Shown here one piece after another: positions 20,126 to 30,508 of a stretch of 64,000 bases of DNA. The notes under the pieces were generated by a model. The model made no database searches. It was given only the letters and a program-made list of their open reading frames with translations, and was not told the origin of the DNA. Where the stretch lies: assembly GCA_002423615.1 (NCBI GenBank), contig DIKO01000105.1, positions 507 through 64,506 on the forward strand, written 5' to 3'. The translations under genes and the position numbers were made by a program. This stretch comes from Desulfobacteraceae bacterium UBA5616 (GTDB lineage: Bacteria > Desulfobacterota > Desulfobacteria > Desulfobacterales > UBA5616). Each line of letters opens with the position of its first letter. Position 1 is the first letter of the stretch.

Positions 20126-21799
20126 TCATTTTTTTTCCGGCAGTACAACGGGAATTTTAATGGTAAAAAGGGTTCCGTCAGGAACCATGTTCTTATAGGA
20201 AATCATGCCCCCCATTTTTTCGATGATATTATAACTGATGGAAAGCCCCAGACCCGTACCCTTTCCTGGTTTTTTGGTAGTGAAAAAGGGATCGAAAATC
20301 TTTCGTTCATATTCCTTCGGGATGCCCGGCCCATTGTCCTCGATCTGGATAACAATACTTTCTTTTTCCTTAAGTGTCCGGATATGGATGGTTCCGGATT
20401 TTTTTCCCCCGCTTTCAATGGCGTCGATCGCATTACCCACGAGGTTTAAGAATACCTGCGTAAGTTGGGACTGGTCACCCGCGATAATCGGAATGTCCGT
20501 GTCGAATTCCTTAACGATGCCGATATTGTTGATTTTGGCCTGATTCTGAAGGAGTTCGATTGTCTGATTCATTATGCCGTTGATATCCACATCATCCAGT
20601 CGGGGCTCCATTTTACGCACGAATCCCAGCATATTGTGGGTGATTTTTCTGGCCCGCTCCACATGTTCCTCTATCTTTCCGATAGAAGCCATGTATTCCT
20701 TGTAATTTTCGCTGTCTTGAAATTCTTCTTCCAAAAGGAGGTCTTTCATCCACCCGGCTTTTTCACCGATAACAGCCAAAGGGTTGTTAATTTCATGGGC
20801 GATTCCCGCAGCCATTTTCCCCAGAGCCGCCAGCTTGTCCGATTGCATGAGCTGGGCATTTAACGCATTGATCCCGTCATTGGCTTTTTCCAGCCGGTTC
20901 ACCGTCATCTTGGTGGTGATCAGGGTGGTCACAACGATTGCAAGACACCCCAGGGTCATTATAAAAAAGGTAAAGTTCCGGGTGTTGAGAAGACCGCTCA
21001 TCTCCTCGTTGACCTCCTGGCTGACGATCAGAAGCCAGCCATTATTTTTCAGCCAGGTCCCGGCATAGTAACGAACACCCCCTTTTTCCCGGAATTTCTC
21101 AACAATTGTCGTCCCTTCCCCGAACAGACCCGGATCAAGCCCGGATATCCCCAGGATATTTTCGGAAAATCGGCTCTTGGTCTGGTAGATGCAGTCCCGG
21201 TTGATGATATAGGCGTCCCCGGATCTCCCGATATGAGCCGTGCGCACCAGCTGGTAAATCATATCCGGATCGATGGTGGCTCTCAGTATCCAGTTGCGTC
21301 CGTTGCTGTGCCCCCTGACCGCGACAATAAAATGGGGGGCTTTACGGTATCCCATAAAAACATCACTGATATAAAGCCCTTTAAGCATCACCTCGTTGAA
21401 CCACTGTGTGTGAAAATAATTCAGTCCCGATAGGTCATAAGGCCCGGAGTAGGACAAGTGATCCCCGTTATCGTCAATGACCCCGATATCCACAAGACCG
21501 TAGGTTCGGTTGGTGATGGTCTTGAAAACCTGAGAAAGGTTACCCTGTCCCTTTAACTCGTCAAACTCGTGGGTGTCCACAAGGGTGGCCAGGATAGCGA
21601 CCCTCTCCCGGAGAAAAATTTCAACCGCATTGGCCTGGGATGTGGCCCGGTACTTGAGTTGATCCTCGATTTTTTCCTCATACACCTTGGCGAAGTTGTA
21701 ATATATGCTCCCCCCCAGAAGAATCAGCGGCGTCAGGGACACCAGCAGGGTGAACAGGATGATAATTCTTCTGAAGTTTCGGTATAGATTCTTTTTCAT
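20126..21799 (-). CDS. sensor histidine kinase with extracytoplasmic Cache-like domain
   Basis: 557 aa with two TM segments flanking a sensor of about 250 aa, H-box [12 protein letters not shown] and HATPase boxes (GNAIDA, DNGPGI, GTGLGLS). Confidence 0.85.
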   Translation of the reverse strand: MKKNLYRNFRRIIILFTLLVSLTPLILLGGSIYYNFAKVYEEKIEDQLKYRATSQANAVEIFLRERVAILATLVDTHEFDELKGQGNLSQVFKTITNRTYGLVDIGVIDDNGDHLSYSGPYDLSGLNYFHTQWFNEVMLKGLYISDVFMGYRKAPHFIVAVRGHSNGRNWILRATIDPDMIYQLVRTAHIGRSGDAYIINRDCIYQTKSRFSENILGISGLDPGLFGEGTTIVEKFREKGGVRYYAGTWLKNNGWLLIVSQEVNEEMSGLLNTRNFTFFIMTLGCLAIVVTTLITTKMTVNRLEKANDGINALNAQLMQSDKLAALGKMAAGIAHEINNPLAVIGEKAGWMKDLLLEEEFQDSENYKEYMASIGKIEEHVERARKITHNMLGFVRKMEPRLDDVDINGIMNQTIELLQNQAKINNIGIVKEFDTDIPIIAGDQSQLTQVFLNLVGNAIDAIESGGKKSGTIHIRTLKEKESIVIQIEDNGPGIPKEYERKIFDPFFTTKKPGKGTGLGLSISYNIIEKMGGMISYKNMVPDGTLFTIKIPVVLPEKK

Positions 21800-21874
21800 C
21801 GTTTTTTTGGAATTCAGCGGATTTATAGCAAATCCTCAAAGCCTTGTAAAAACAATATCCCCCTTCTGCCTGAT

Positions 21875-23560
21875 CTACCAGGTTAAAAATCTCCAGTACC
21901 CCAGGACTGCCCAGAACCAGAGCACCAGCCAGGCGATAACGGTCACCGGAAGGCCGTATTTTACGAAATCCATCACATCCAGAAGCCTTTCACCGGTTTC
22001 CGGATCACGGCCCATGCCGAAGACAATGGCGTTGTTCGGCGTTCCCACCACCAGGAAATTGGCGAAAGAAGAGGAGAAAGCGCAGCTCAACCCCACCTTC
22101 CAGACGCTGGTTCCGGCCAGAGTGGCCATGGGCAGGACAATGGGGCCCAGGGCTGCAACAGTGGCGCCGTCGCTCATGAAATTGGTCATGGTCCCGGTGA
22201 GAATACTCACCCCTATGACCAGACCGTCTCCCTGGGACATGAAATCCGGCAGGGCGGCCACAAAGGCATTGGCCATCCAGAGGGCCCCGCCGGTGAATTT
22301 AAGGGCCACACCCATTGCACAGGCCGCCGCATAGAGACCCACCACGTCAAAGGCCACTCCCTGCTGAACATCTTCCCACTCCACGATGCGAAACACAAAC
22401 ATGGCCATAATGGCATAAAGTGTGGGACCGCCCAAACCGGCATGCTCGCCGATGATAATCCACGCGGCCACCAGAAGGACCAGGATAACGGCCATGATGG
22501 CTTCCTTGCCGCCGAATTTGGGCATTCCCGCCACTTCGGCCTTGACGACCTCGCTAGGGTTCATGTCCTTGACCAAAAACTTCGGTTTTAACCGCAGATA
22601 CATAAAAGCCCCGATGGCCAGGGAGGCTACCGGAACAAAAGCCATACCGTATTTCATCCACTCCATGAAGGTCATTCCACTGCCGTAATCCGTGAAATAT
22701 CCCATCATAATGGCGTTGCGGCCCCCAGCCGCGGGAGAACCGGGACCCCCGTGGTTGGCCGCAAAGCACACGCCCAGCAACAGAAATACGGCCAGTGCGG
22801 GGTCCTTCTTAACACCGTAAATCCGGCAGGTAACTTTGTAAATCCCCATGAGAACCGGAATCAACAGGGCCACCAGAGCATGCTCGGAAAGAACGCTGGC
22901 TGCCATGGCCAGAGTGGGCATAAATACAAAGGCAAATCCCTTGGTGCTTTTGATGCGGCTCAACAGAATCAGGCCGATGCGTTTGTCCAGGCCGGTTTTG
23001 GCTACCCCCACGGCCACCACCAGAATCCCGAAAATGAAAAAGACCGCATCCGTCATATAGGCCCTTGAAATCTCGTTCATGGGCAAAATGGCGAAAAGAT
23101 ACAGCATGACCCCCACAAGAACATCCGTCGCTCCCAAAGGGAGAGCTTCGGTTCCCCATAAAAAGGCGCAAAGGGCTAATAAACACACGGTTATCTTGGC
23201 CAGCCTCGCAACCTGAGCCGAAGTTAACAGGGATTCCTGATGGCCATTATGCCCTGCATCCTCTGCGCCTCTCATTTGGGCGGACCCATGATCCTCATCG
23301 GTTGCCCTGGCCGCTTTGAAAGCCTCCGGCCTTAACTTCTGGTTAACCGTATCGACGATGTTTCTACAGTCCTTGCCCACTTTATACCCCGGAGGGTCGG
23401 ACTGTTCCACCATATCGACCATGCTCCTCGGAGGCGGCATGACCGCCAGGGCGATAAAAACAATCGCAGCGATCAGAACAAGAATGGGTTTATATCCCGG
23501 GCCTCCTCTCCATGTGAATTTCTGTTCCTCTGCTCCGGCATAACTTGTGTGGTGTGACAT
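21875..23560 (-). CDS. DASS/SLC13-ArsB/NhaD superfamily anion permease
   Basis: 561-aa polytopic permease with a hydrophilic insert after the first TM. The family call rests on overall permease character only. Confidence 0.6.
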   Translation of the reverse strand: MSHHTSYAGAEEQKFTWRGGPGYKPILVLIAAIVFIALAVMPPPRSMVDMVEQSDPPGYKVGKDCRNIVDTVNQKLRPEAFKAARATDEDHGSAQMRGAEDAGHNGHQESLLTSAQVARLAKITVCLLALCAFLWGTEALPLGATDVLVGVMLYLFAILPMNEISRAYMTDAVFFIFGILVVAVGVAKTGLDKRIGLILLSRIKSTKGFAFVFMPTLAMAASVLSEHALVALLIPVLMGIYKVTCRIYGVKKDPALAVFLLLGVCFAANHGGPGSPAAGGRNAIMMGYFTDYGSGMTFMEWMKYGMAFVPVASLAIGAFMYLRLKPKFLVKDMNPSEVVKAEVAGMPKFGGKEAIMAVILVLLVAAWIIIGEHAGLGGPTLYAIMAMFVFRIVEWEDVQQGVAFDVVGLYAAACAMGVALKFTGGALWMANAFVAALPDFMSQGDGLVIGVSILTGTMTNFMSDGATVAALGPIVLPMATLAGTSVWKVGLSCAFSSSFANFLVVGTPNNAIVFGMGRDPETGERLLDVMDFVKYGLPVTVIAWLVLWFWAVLGYWRFLTW

Positions 23561-24025
23561 TTATCCTCCCCTTCATCATGAAAAAGCTTTTTCCTTCCAG
23601 GCACCAAAATCTTTTAAATTTACCGCCCTTTCAACACGATGTTTTCCAATCGTGGGGCTTTCTCAACGGAAACGATTTGATACGAAAAATGGAATTAGCA
23701 ATGTCCATGCCACTGGAATTTATTTACAGACATTTTTAACTTATTAAATTAATGGTTATTTTATTTTATCACCCTATTAGCGAATTTTTAGCGGAAAGCT
23801 ATTTGTCGATTTTTTTTACATCCTGTAAACGAATGAAACAGGAAAAAAATGCTTCATCTTGCTGAAACTTAAATTCTTCATGGAGGTTAATGTGACATTC
23901 GGACGCCCCTACGGCCGAGCGGGAAGTTGACGTTTTCATACCGATTCTGTAAGATAAATTTATTTTTGGGAATCCAACATGTAAATCGCGTTATTCCGGG
24001 ATCTTGCAAAAGGAGGGCTTGCAGC

Positions 24026-24850
24026 ATGAAAAACGAACTTGAAAAATACAGAACCATGGGGGAACAACTGGAAAAATATATCCGCCCGGCCACATTTCCC
24101 CTTGCGGTGAAGTTGCTCAAAAATAATACCCCTGTCGACTTTCCGTATAAAAACCCGTCAAGGGATCTGGGACTTCAGAATTTTGTGTGCCAGAATTTCA
24201 AAATGGCCCGCTCATACGGATGGACCATCAAGATAGGTCCGGAGGATATCAACTGCAGAAGCGCACGTGCCATTTACCGGTGGGATAACGCTTCCGGAGA
24301 TGTTTCCGGGGGCTTGAGAGAATTCGCGGTCGGGCTGTATGGGAAGGATTCGGATACCCTGGATAAATCCTTGAAAAATCTCTATCCGGTAGAAGAGGAA
24401 ATCAGCGGCCTGGTCATATCTCCGCTGACCCGGACAAAAGTGATTCCCGATGTGGTCCAGGTGTATTGTCTCCCAGCCCAGGCCATGCGGCTGATCCAGG
24501 GGTATTTGTACCATGAGGGAGGCGTCCTTGAATTCACCGCAGCGGGCAGAACAGGTTCCTGCCATGAAGGAATCACCAAACCTATGATAACACGGAAACC
24601 GCAGTTGGTCATCCTGGGGAACGGGGATCGTGTATGGGGTGGTGCACAGGATTCCGAGGTAATGTTTTCGTGTCCGAGAGAAAAACTCGAAATCCTCATG
24701 GACGGTTTAAAAATGACTCATGATGCGGGCCTGCGGTATCCTGTTCCCGCTTATATGAACTACTCACCCGGTTTTCAGGAAAATTTTGAGGAAGCAGCCC
24801 TGAAGCGATCCGGTGTAACGCTGGTCAAAAAGGACACAGGAGACCGGTAA
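24026..24850 (+). CDS. DUF169-like uncharacterised protein
   Basis: ATG 24026 is preceded by an AGGAGG RBS (24011-24016). The N-terminus ATFPLAVKLLKN resembles DUF169/COG2043 proteins. Confidence 0.5.
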   Translation: MKNELEKYRTMGEQLEKYIRPATFPLAVKLLKNNTPVDFPYKNPSRDLGLQNFVCQNFKMARSYGWTIKIGPEDINCRSARAIYRWDNASGDVSGGLREFAVGLYGKDSDTLDKSLKNLYPVEEEISGLVISPLTRTKVIPDVVQVYCLPAQAMRLIQGYLYHEGGVLEFTAAGRTGSCHEGITKPMITRKPQLVILGNGDRVWGGAQDSEVMFSCPREKLEILMDGLKMTHDAGLRYPVPAYMNYSPGFQENFEEAALKRSGVTLVKKDTGDR

Positions 24851-24879
24851 GCGCCTCCACCGGTATCGTCGCTGGAGAC

Positions 24880-25296
24880 TCAAATTTTCCAGTCCATGGT
24901 TTCCTCATCCCGCCTGTGCTTTAAGGCCCTGTGCAATCCTTCGATCACACCCTTTAAATGAATGTATTCCTCCCGGTTCAGTTGTTTGATATCCATGAGT
25001 CTCTTCAATATCTCCCGAGCTTCCTGCCTGTCTGACACATACACAGACTGCTCTTCGTTGGTCTGGTTGGAAGGAACAGGTCTTGTCATTTCTCCCTTGC
25101 CGGATAAAAGCCATTCTTCATTGATATTGAACTGCAGACAAATCAGTTTTATGAGCGCCCGGCTTGCCTGCTTTTTTCCGCTTTCTAGTTGAGAGACATG
25201 AGAGGGATCCACACCCAAAGATTCAGCAAATATTTTCTGAGTAACTTTAATCGCCTTTCGAACCTCTCTAAATCTGTCATGGAAAGTTCCGTTCAT
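24880..25296 (-). CDS. XRE family HTH transcriptional regulator
   Basis: 138 aa with TQKIFAESLGVDPSHVSQLESGKKQAS, a Cro/C1-type HTH. Confidence 0.85.
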   Translation of the reverse strand: MNGTFHDRFREVRKAIKVTQKIFAESLGVDPSHVSQLESGKKQASRALIKLICLQFNINEEWLLSGKGEMTRPVPSNQTNEEQSVYVSDRQEAREILKRLMDIKQLNREEYIHLKGVIEGLHRALKHRRDEETMDWKI

Positions 25297-25702
25297 GGTT
25301 TTTTGTTTTCCAAGTCATTTTTTGCTTGACATGATATGTCTTTGTAATATATTTATTTACCTGGACAATTATGACAACCACTCAAAAAAGGTAAAAAGCG
25401 TACATACTTCTTCCCGGTTCGGTGGAAAAAACACCCCCGAACAGCCGGGCGGAATCCGGAGCAATTGAACACGAAAAAAGCGGGCGGCTTTTTGGGCGCT
25501 CGTTTTTTCCCGTCCTCTGGTCAGGGTCTTAGCCGGCGCTTTCACCCTACCAGAGGCCGGGTTTTAATTTCAAGGTAAAATTCCGACCTCTTTGACGGTC
25601 TTCGGAAGGCTTTAACATGGGGAAAAGACATCAGGCCGAGGGCGACAGTAAAAGCCCATCATCAATGGCCTGCACAACGCATTATCCGGAGCAAGGCGAA
25701 TC

Positions 25703-26239
25703 ATGAAAATCGGCATCATGGGAACCCACGGCATCGGCAAAACTTACATGGCTATCAATCTTGCCGGGTTCATCAAATCCATGGACTCCACCCGGAAAAT
25801 CGGGATTCTCCCCAAACAGACAAGATCCTGCCCGTTTCCGGTGAATGAAAACATGTCCGAAGCATCACAGGCCTGGCTTTTCCATACTCAGATCAAGGCC
25901 GAACTGGAAGTCATGCCCATTTACGACACTCTGATTTGTGACCATACCGTAATGGATTTTCTGGCCTATGCCATGTGGGCCGAACTGGACGATTTCGCGC
26001 ATCGGTATATGAGTCTGGCCATGGATTGGTTTAAAACCTACGATCAGGTGATCTGGCTAAGGCCCCGGGTAGACGACGATTTTCCGGAAAATGACGGGTT
26101 CCGGTCCGAAAGCCGGCTCTTCCAGGTCGGCATTGATCTGAAACTTGACGCCATGGTCATCGACTACCGCCTTCCGGTCATCAGCAACCGAAATGCAGCG
26201 TGGCTGGGGATTGACCTGCTGAAGGTACTGGGGTTTTGA
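25703..26239 (+). CDS. P-loop ATPase (AAA_28/NadR-C-like)
   Basis: 178 aa with an N-terminal Walker A (GIMGTHGIGKT). Confidence 0.6.
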   Translation: MKIGIMGTHGIGKTYMAINLAGFIKSMDSTRKIGILPKQTRSCPFPVNENMSEASQAWLFHTQIKAELEVMPIYDTLICDHTVMDFLAYAMWAELDDFAHRYMSLAMDWFKTYDQVIWLRPRVDDDFPENDGFRSESRLFQVGIDLKLDAMVIDYRLPVISNRNAAWLGIDLLKVLGF

Positions 26240-26337
26240 AGTAGATGAGTCGAGACCGTAAAGTTCCCGGGGTGCCGTCAAAAAGAAAAAAACGACGTAT
26301 ATCAATTCAGCGGTTCTGGCTCCATCACCCGTTTTTT

Positions 26338-27228
26338 CTATTCCGTATGATGGGAAATATATTTTCCGATGACTTCAATAGCCTCTCTGGCCTCGGGTAA
26401 AATATCGGCGAAAGCGTGCCAGACATGAAACATATCCGGCCATGGCTCAAAAGTCACCTCCACACCGGCCTCTTTTGCCTTTTTCACCAGTCGGACACTG
26501 TCATCCATTAATATTTCAGCGGTCCCGACCTGGATGAGCATGGGAGGAAAGTTGGAAAAATCCGCATACAGGGGAGAAGCCAGTGGAGTTCGGGGATCCT
26601 CTCCGTTCAAATAAACCTTTGCCATTTCAGTTGCCCCCTCCCGTCGCACCATGGGATCGATTTCAGCCCTGGAAATCAGGGATTCCCCGGTCATTGCCAA
26701 ATCCGTCCAGGGAGATATACAGACAGCCGCAGCAGGTAAAGGAATACCCTTTCCCCTTAAATTGATCACCGTACTTAATGTAAGACCTCCGCCTGCAGAG
26801 TCTCCTGCGATGACCGTCTTTTCCGGGGAAATCTTTTCCCTGATGAGCCATCTGAAGACGTTTGTCGCATCGTCCACAGCGGCCGGGAAAGGATGTTCCG
26901 GCGCCAGCCGGTAATCGATTACAAGACCCCGTGTTCGTGAGGCTTCAGCAATACGGGCTACCATGGCCCTGTGGGTACTGATGGAGCCCATAACATAGCC
27001 GCCGCCATGCAGGTACAAAACCACTGCGTCCGGACGAGCATTCTTGGGGACCACCCATTCGGCAGGTATCCCTCCGGCATCGACGGGATTGCACACGAGG
27101 TTTTCAGGAAGAGTTTGCAGAAAAGCGGCTTTTTCCATGTCGGACCGCATTTCGGCGATGTCCATCGTTTCTCTTTGGGGAATGGATTTTAACAATGCGA
27201 TGACCTGATCCAGTTCTTTGCTCGGCAT
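26338..27228 (-). CDS. alpha/beta hydrolase, hormone-sensitive-lipase-type esterase
   Basis: 296 aa with an HGGG oxyanion motif (YLHGGGYVMGS) and the nucleophile elbow GDSAGG. Confidence 0.85.
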   Translation of the reverse strand: MPSKELDQVIALLKSIPQRETMDIAEMRSDMEKAAFLQTLPENLVCNPVDAGGIPAEWVVPKNARPDAVVLYLHGGGYVMGSISTHRAMVARIAEASRTRGLVIDYRLAPEHPFPAAVDDATNVFRWLIREKISPEKTVIAGDSAGGGLTLSTVINLRGKGIPLPAAAVCISPWTDLAMTGESLISRAEIDPMVRREGATEMAKVYLNGEDPRTPLASPLYADFSNFPPMLIQVGTAEILMDDSVRLVKKAKEAGVEVTFEPWPDMFHVWHAFADILPEAREAIEVIGKYISHHTE

Positions 27229-27345
27229 AGTATCTCCTTATTGGATAACGGAACGCCATGGTAACCCGTAAATCTGGCAGCGATGCAGCCGTATTTCAAG
27301 GAGTTGGTGTCCAGCCACAACAAAACGGCATTTATGCAGCGTGTT

Positions 27346-28158
27346 CTACCCGATATCCACTATTTCTAAAAACCGTTTGATCGTTTTATCCACATAGGCT
27401 GCATCATCTATTGTTATTTTAATCGCACTTTCCGGGCAAATATCGGCGCAACGGCCGCAAGCCCGGCATTCCGGATCATTGATTACAGCCCGATCCTCCC
27501 CCAATGCTATGGCGTTAAAAATACATACCGCTTCCTCAACGCAGGTACCGCATGCCACGCAGTCATCCGTAACCCGTATGCTGACCCCCGGCATACACTT
27601 GACTTTTTTCCCTGATTCACCGGGCATGTGCTGCGCCACCCGATGGAGACAGCAGCAGGGACAGCAATTGCAGACGGTGAGAAGTTTCTCCTCGGGCTCG
27701 ATTTCAAGCCACAGGATGTCCAGCTTGTCCCGGCCGATGAGATGGATCAGGCCGGCATCGCGGCATTTCCGGGCGTATTCAAGAGCCTCCTCCACGCCCA
27801 CCTGTCGACCCAGTTCGGGATGAATCCGGGATGCGGCATCCCCCAGGAAAAGGCATCCGTATTCAATGGGATAATCTTTGCATTCCATCGCTTCACGGCA
27901 AATGCAGAAATTCATGATGCACCGGTGGCTCGCTTTTTCAATAAAATAGGCGAGGGCGTCGGAAGGCATGACCGATCCATCGGCAGGGTAAATGTTTTCG
28001 TTCACCTCCACAACGCGGTCCATTGGAAGATAGGCCATATCGTCATGAGGAAAACAATAAAGATCCGGATCGCCGCCGGCAGGGTCTCTCGGAAACCCCT
28101 CACGAACGATCAGTAGCCGTTCTCTTTCTTTTACGTCTTTGATTTTTTCAATAATCAT
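27346..28158 (-). CDS. 4Fe-4S dicluster domain protein with Cys-rich CNCCPCCC motif
   Basis: 270 aa. The C-terminus has CVACGTCVEEAVC and CRACGRCADICP, and the central part has CNCCPCCC. Confidence 0.65.
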   Translation of the reverse strand: MIIEKIKDVKERERLLIVREGFPRDPAGGDPDLYCFPHDDMAYLPMDRVVEVNENIYPADGSVMPSDALAYFIEKASHRCIMNFCICREAMECKDYPIEYGCLFLGDAASRIHPELGRQVGVEEALEYARKCRDAGLIHLIGRDKLDILWLEIEPEEKLLTVCNCCPCCCLHRVAQHMPGESGKKVKCMPGVSIRVTDDCVACGTCVEEAVCIFNAIALGEDRAVINDPECRACGRCADICPESAIKITIDDAAYVDKTIKRFLEIVDIG

Positions 28159-28293
28159 GGATTTTCCCCTTTATCACCGGTTTTACAAACAAGGCATCCA
28201 TTGCTGACCCCGACATCGGGAGTTTTGCGGGCTTTTATTTGGATATGATTATCCTATACCAAACGAACCATAAAATTTAAAGAGGAATACCGG

Positions 28294-29565
28294 TTGACTT
28301 CTCCCGGGCAGACGAATATAGGGAACCAGTTTGCTCAGTCCGGCAAAACAGGCACACCCACGCCAACCCGAAAACGAAATACAACCGTGACCCATTCCGC
28401 TAAAGCCAATATCAAGGTGCTTTTCGCTTTGACCCTGGTCCATTTCATGGGCGATTTTTACAGTTCCTTCATCAACCCCCTCTTTCCACTGTTCGTGGCC
28501 GGCCTGGGTCTGTCCCTGACCGAAATCGGGGTCATTGCCGGCATAAACCGGCTTCTGGCCTTTATCGTACAGCCCATGGTGGGCTACCTGTCGGATCGCC
28601 GTCCCAGCCGTGCATTTATTTTGGGAGGCCTTCTGCTCCCGGTGGTGTTCATCCCCCTCTCGGGCATCACGATAGGCTTCTGGACCCTTCTGGGAGCCAT
28701 CGCCATGGGCTCCATCGGTTCGTCCATGTTCCACCCGTCGGTAACCGGCATGGTTCCGGTTTATGCGGGCAACCGGTCAGGTTTTTCCATGTCGGTGTTC
28801 AATACCGGCGGAACTCTGGCCTTCGCCATAGGACCGTTGTTCGTCACCTGGTACGCCGCCGGTTTCGGACTTAACGCGCTGCCCTTGACCATGTTCTTCG
28901 GCCTCTTAGTGATGCTTTACCTCTACCGGGTGGTTCCGGCACCCCGGGACGAAGGTTTCAAAAACCTGGGGTTCATGCAAACACTGAGTGCCAGCCTCGG
29001 CAGCGTATGGAAGAGTGTGGCCCTGATCTGGGCCGTCATGTTCCTGCGGGCCGTCGTGGGCCAGTCTTTTCTCACTTTCATGCCCCTGCTCTATGTGCAG
29101 AAGGGATATTCCGTCGTATCAGCCGGGGTCATCTTTTCCCTGTTCACACTGGCCGGAACAGTGAGCGGCCTCGCGTCCGGGCTGATAGCGGATAGAATCG
29201 GTTTCAAGCCGGTATTCATTGTCATCCACATGCTGATGGCCCCGGTCCTCTGGATTTTTTTGGGTCTGAAAGGTGCCTGGGTCTATCCGGGAGCCCTTCT
29301 GGCGGGAGGCATGGTTCTGGCGAGCCTTCCACTCGGCGTGGCCATGGCTCAGGAGATCGCGCCACGGGGGCGTTCCATGGTGGCCAGCCTGATGATGGGC
29401 TTTGCTTTCGGACTGGGCGGAGCGGTGTCCCCGGTCATCGGAAAACTGGCAGACCTGTACTCCATCCAATCGGTTCTCCTATGGGTATCTTTTCTGCCGC
29501 TCGCAACCCTGCCTTTTATCCTGCACTTCCCCCGGGTGCGAAACGGCTCCAGCACCACGGGATAA
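28294..29565 (+). CDS. MFS transporter (Fsr-like)
   Basis: Protein of about 12 TM segments (LVHFMGDFYSSFINPLFPLF). The TTG start is uncertain; GTG 28387 is plausible. Confidence 0.75.
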   Translation: MTSPGQTNIGNQFAQSGKTGTPTPTRKRNTTVTHSAKANIKVLFALTLVHFMGDFYSSFINPLFPLFVAGLGLSLTEIGVIAGINRLLAFIVQPMVGYLSDRRPSRAFILGGLLLPVVFIPLSGITIGFWTLLGAIAMGSIGSSMFHPSVTGMVPVYAGNRSGFSMSVFNTGGTLAFAIGPLFVTWYAAGFGLNALPLTMFFGLLVMLYLYRVVPAPRDEGFKNLGFMQTLSASLGSVWKSVALIWAVMFLRAVVGQSFLTFMPLLYVQKGYSVVSAGVIFSLFTLAGTVSGLASGLIADRIGFKPVFIVIHMLMAPVLWIFLGLKGAWVYPGALLAGGMVLASLPLGVAMAQEIAPRGRSMVASLMMGFAFGLGGAVSPVIGKLADLYSIQSVLLWVSFLPLATLPFILHFPRVRNGSSTTG

Positions 29566-29668
29566 AACAGGGATGAATGCGGCAACTGAATGATCAGAGC
29601 ACCCGGTCCGGCTGGCCGGGTCCCTTGAGTTTTCGGACCGGGAGTTTTCGGACCGGCATCAAATTGAA

Positions 29669-30163
29669 TCAAGGTGAGTTTTCAAGATAATGAATTTGTT
29701 TGCTGACTTCAAATATTTTCATCCTGGCTTTATGTGCGGAATCGTTTCTTTTGTTTTCAACGCATTCCCGTTCAATTTTTTTGAGTCGTTTCAAATCCCT
29801 CTTCAATAATTCGATCTCATTTTGTTTTCTGCTGTCTTCGGCCTCTTCCTCAATTTTTTTTAATAATCGCTTCTGGTTCCAATTATGTTTTTTAATGGCG
29901 TCATCGGTTTTAATCTCCCGGACTTCTTTATCCCAGTAATGGGCATCGATTTCTTTTTGATGAGCTTTGTCATCGATTTCCTGGTGTTCAATTTCATCCT
30001 CGATCTCGAGGTTATCGACATCGCCTCCGGGGACCTTGTTGGAATAATGTTTCAGGCCCTTTTCATCCGTCCAGGTATAAACCTGGGCTAAGGGAGAAGG
30101 AACCTTGAATAACATCAATGCGGCTGCAAAAAAAATACAAAATGTCCACCTGCCGGGTATCAT
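29669..30163 (-). CDS. DUF4124-like secreted coiled-coil protein
   Basis: From ATG 30163 (GAGGA RBS): a signal-peptide-like N-terminus, then VYTWTDEKGLKHYSNKVP (DUF4124-like) and a Lys/Glu-rich tail. Confidence 0.55.
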   Translation of the reverse strand: MIPGRWTFCIFFAAALMLFKVPSPLAQVYTWTDEKGLKHYSNKVPGGDVDNLEIEDEIEHQEIDDKAHQKEIDAHYWDKEVREIKTDDAIKKHNWNQKRLLKKIEEEAEDSRKQNEIELLKRDLKRLKKIERECVENKRNDSAHKARMKIFEVSKQIHYLENSP

Positions 30164-30405
30164 TGTTCCTCGCCTTTCATCTTTTTGAACAAGAGATAGG
30201 GGACGTTTTATTTTTAACCGGACTGAACTCACGAGAAGGCAGCAGAAAAGGTTCGCTGTCTGTTTGGTCCCGGATCCCATGGTTGAATTTTTTTAAAATT
30301 ATTTACAACATATAATTTTAATAACATTAATTTAATTAATATCAAAATGTCAATGTATTTCATACGTATTAAATATTTTTGTATTTTTTCAATTCCATTA
30401 AAAGC

Positions 30406-30436
30406 GATACTCCATCTGCAGTGCAGGTGGAGTATC
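30406..30436 (-). terminator. hairpin or palindrome downstream of the ACAD gene
   Basis: GATACTCCATCTGCAGTGCAGGTGGAGTATC is a 31-nt near-perfect palindrome. On the minus strand it is followed by GCTTTTAAT. Confidence 0.45.
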
Positions 30437-30508
30437 ATCTTGATATTACAGCAATGTTTTCTCTGTCTTCAGATAAGGCCAAGGAAATTGAAATTGCTAA
30501 GGTTTTTC

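Noticed and set aside
21705-22334. 209-aa plus-strand ORF.
   Set aside because: It is antisense to the kinase 5' end and the permease 3' end. It has no RBS or motif.
23927-24025. N-terminal extension of the DUF169-like ORF (track start 23927).
   Set aside because: The extension has no RBS. ATG 24026 is preceded by AGGAGG at ideal spacing, and the conserved part begins after it.
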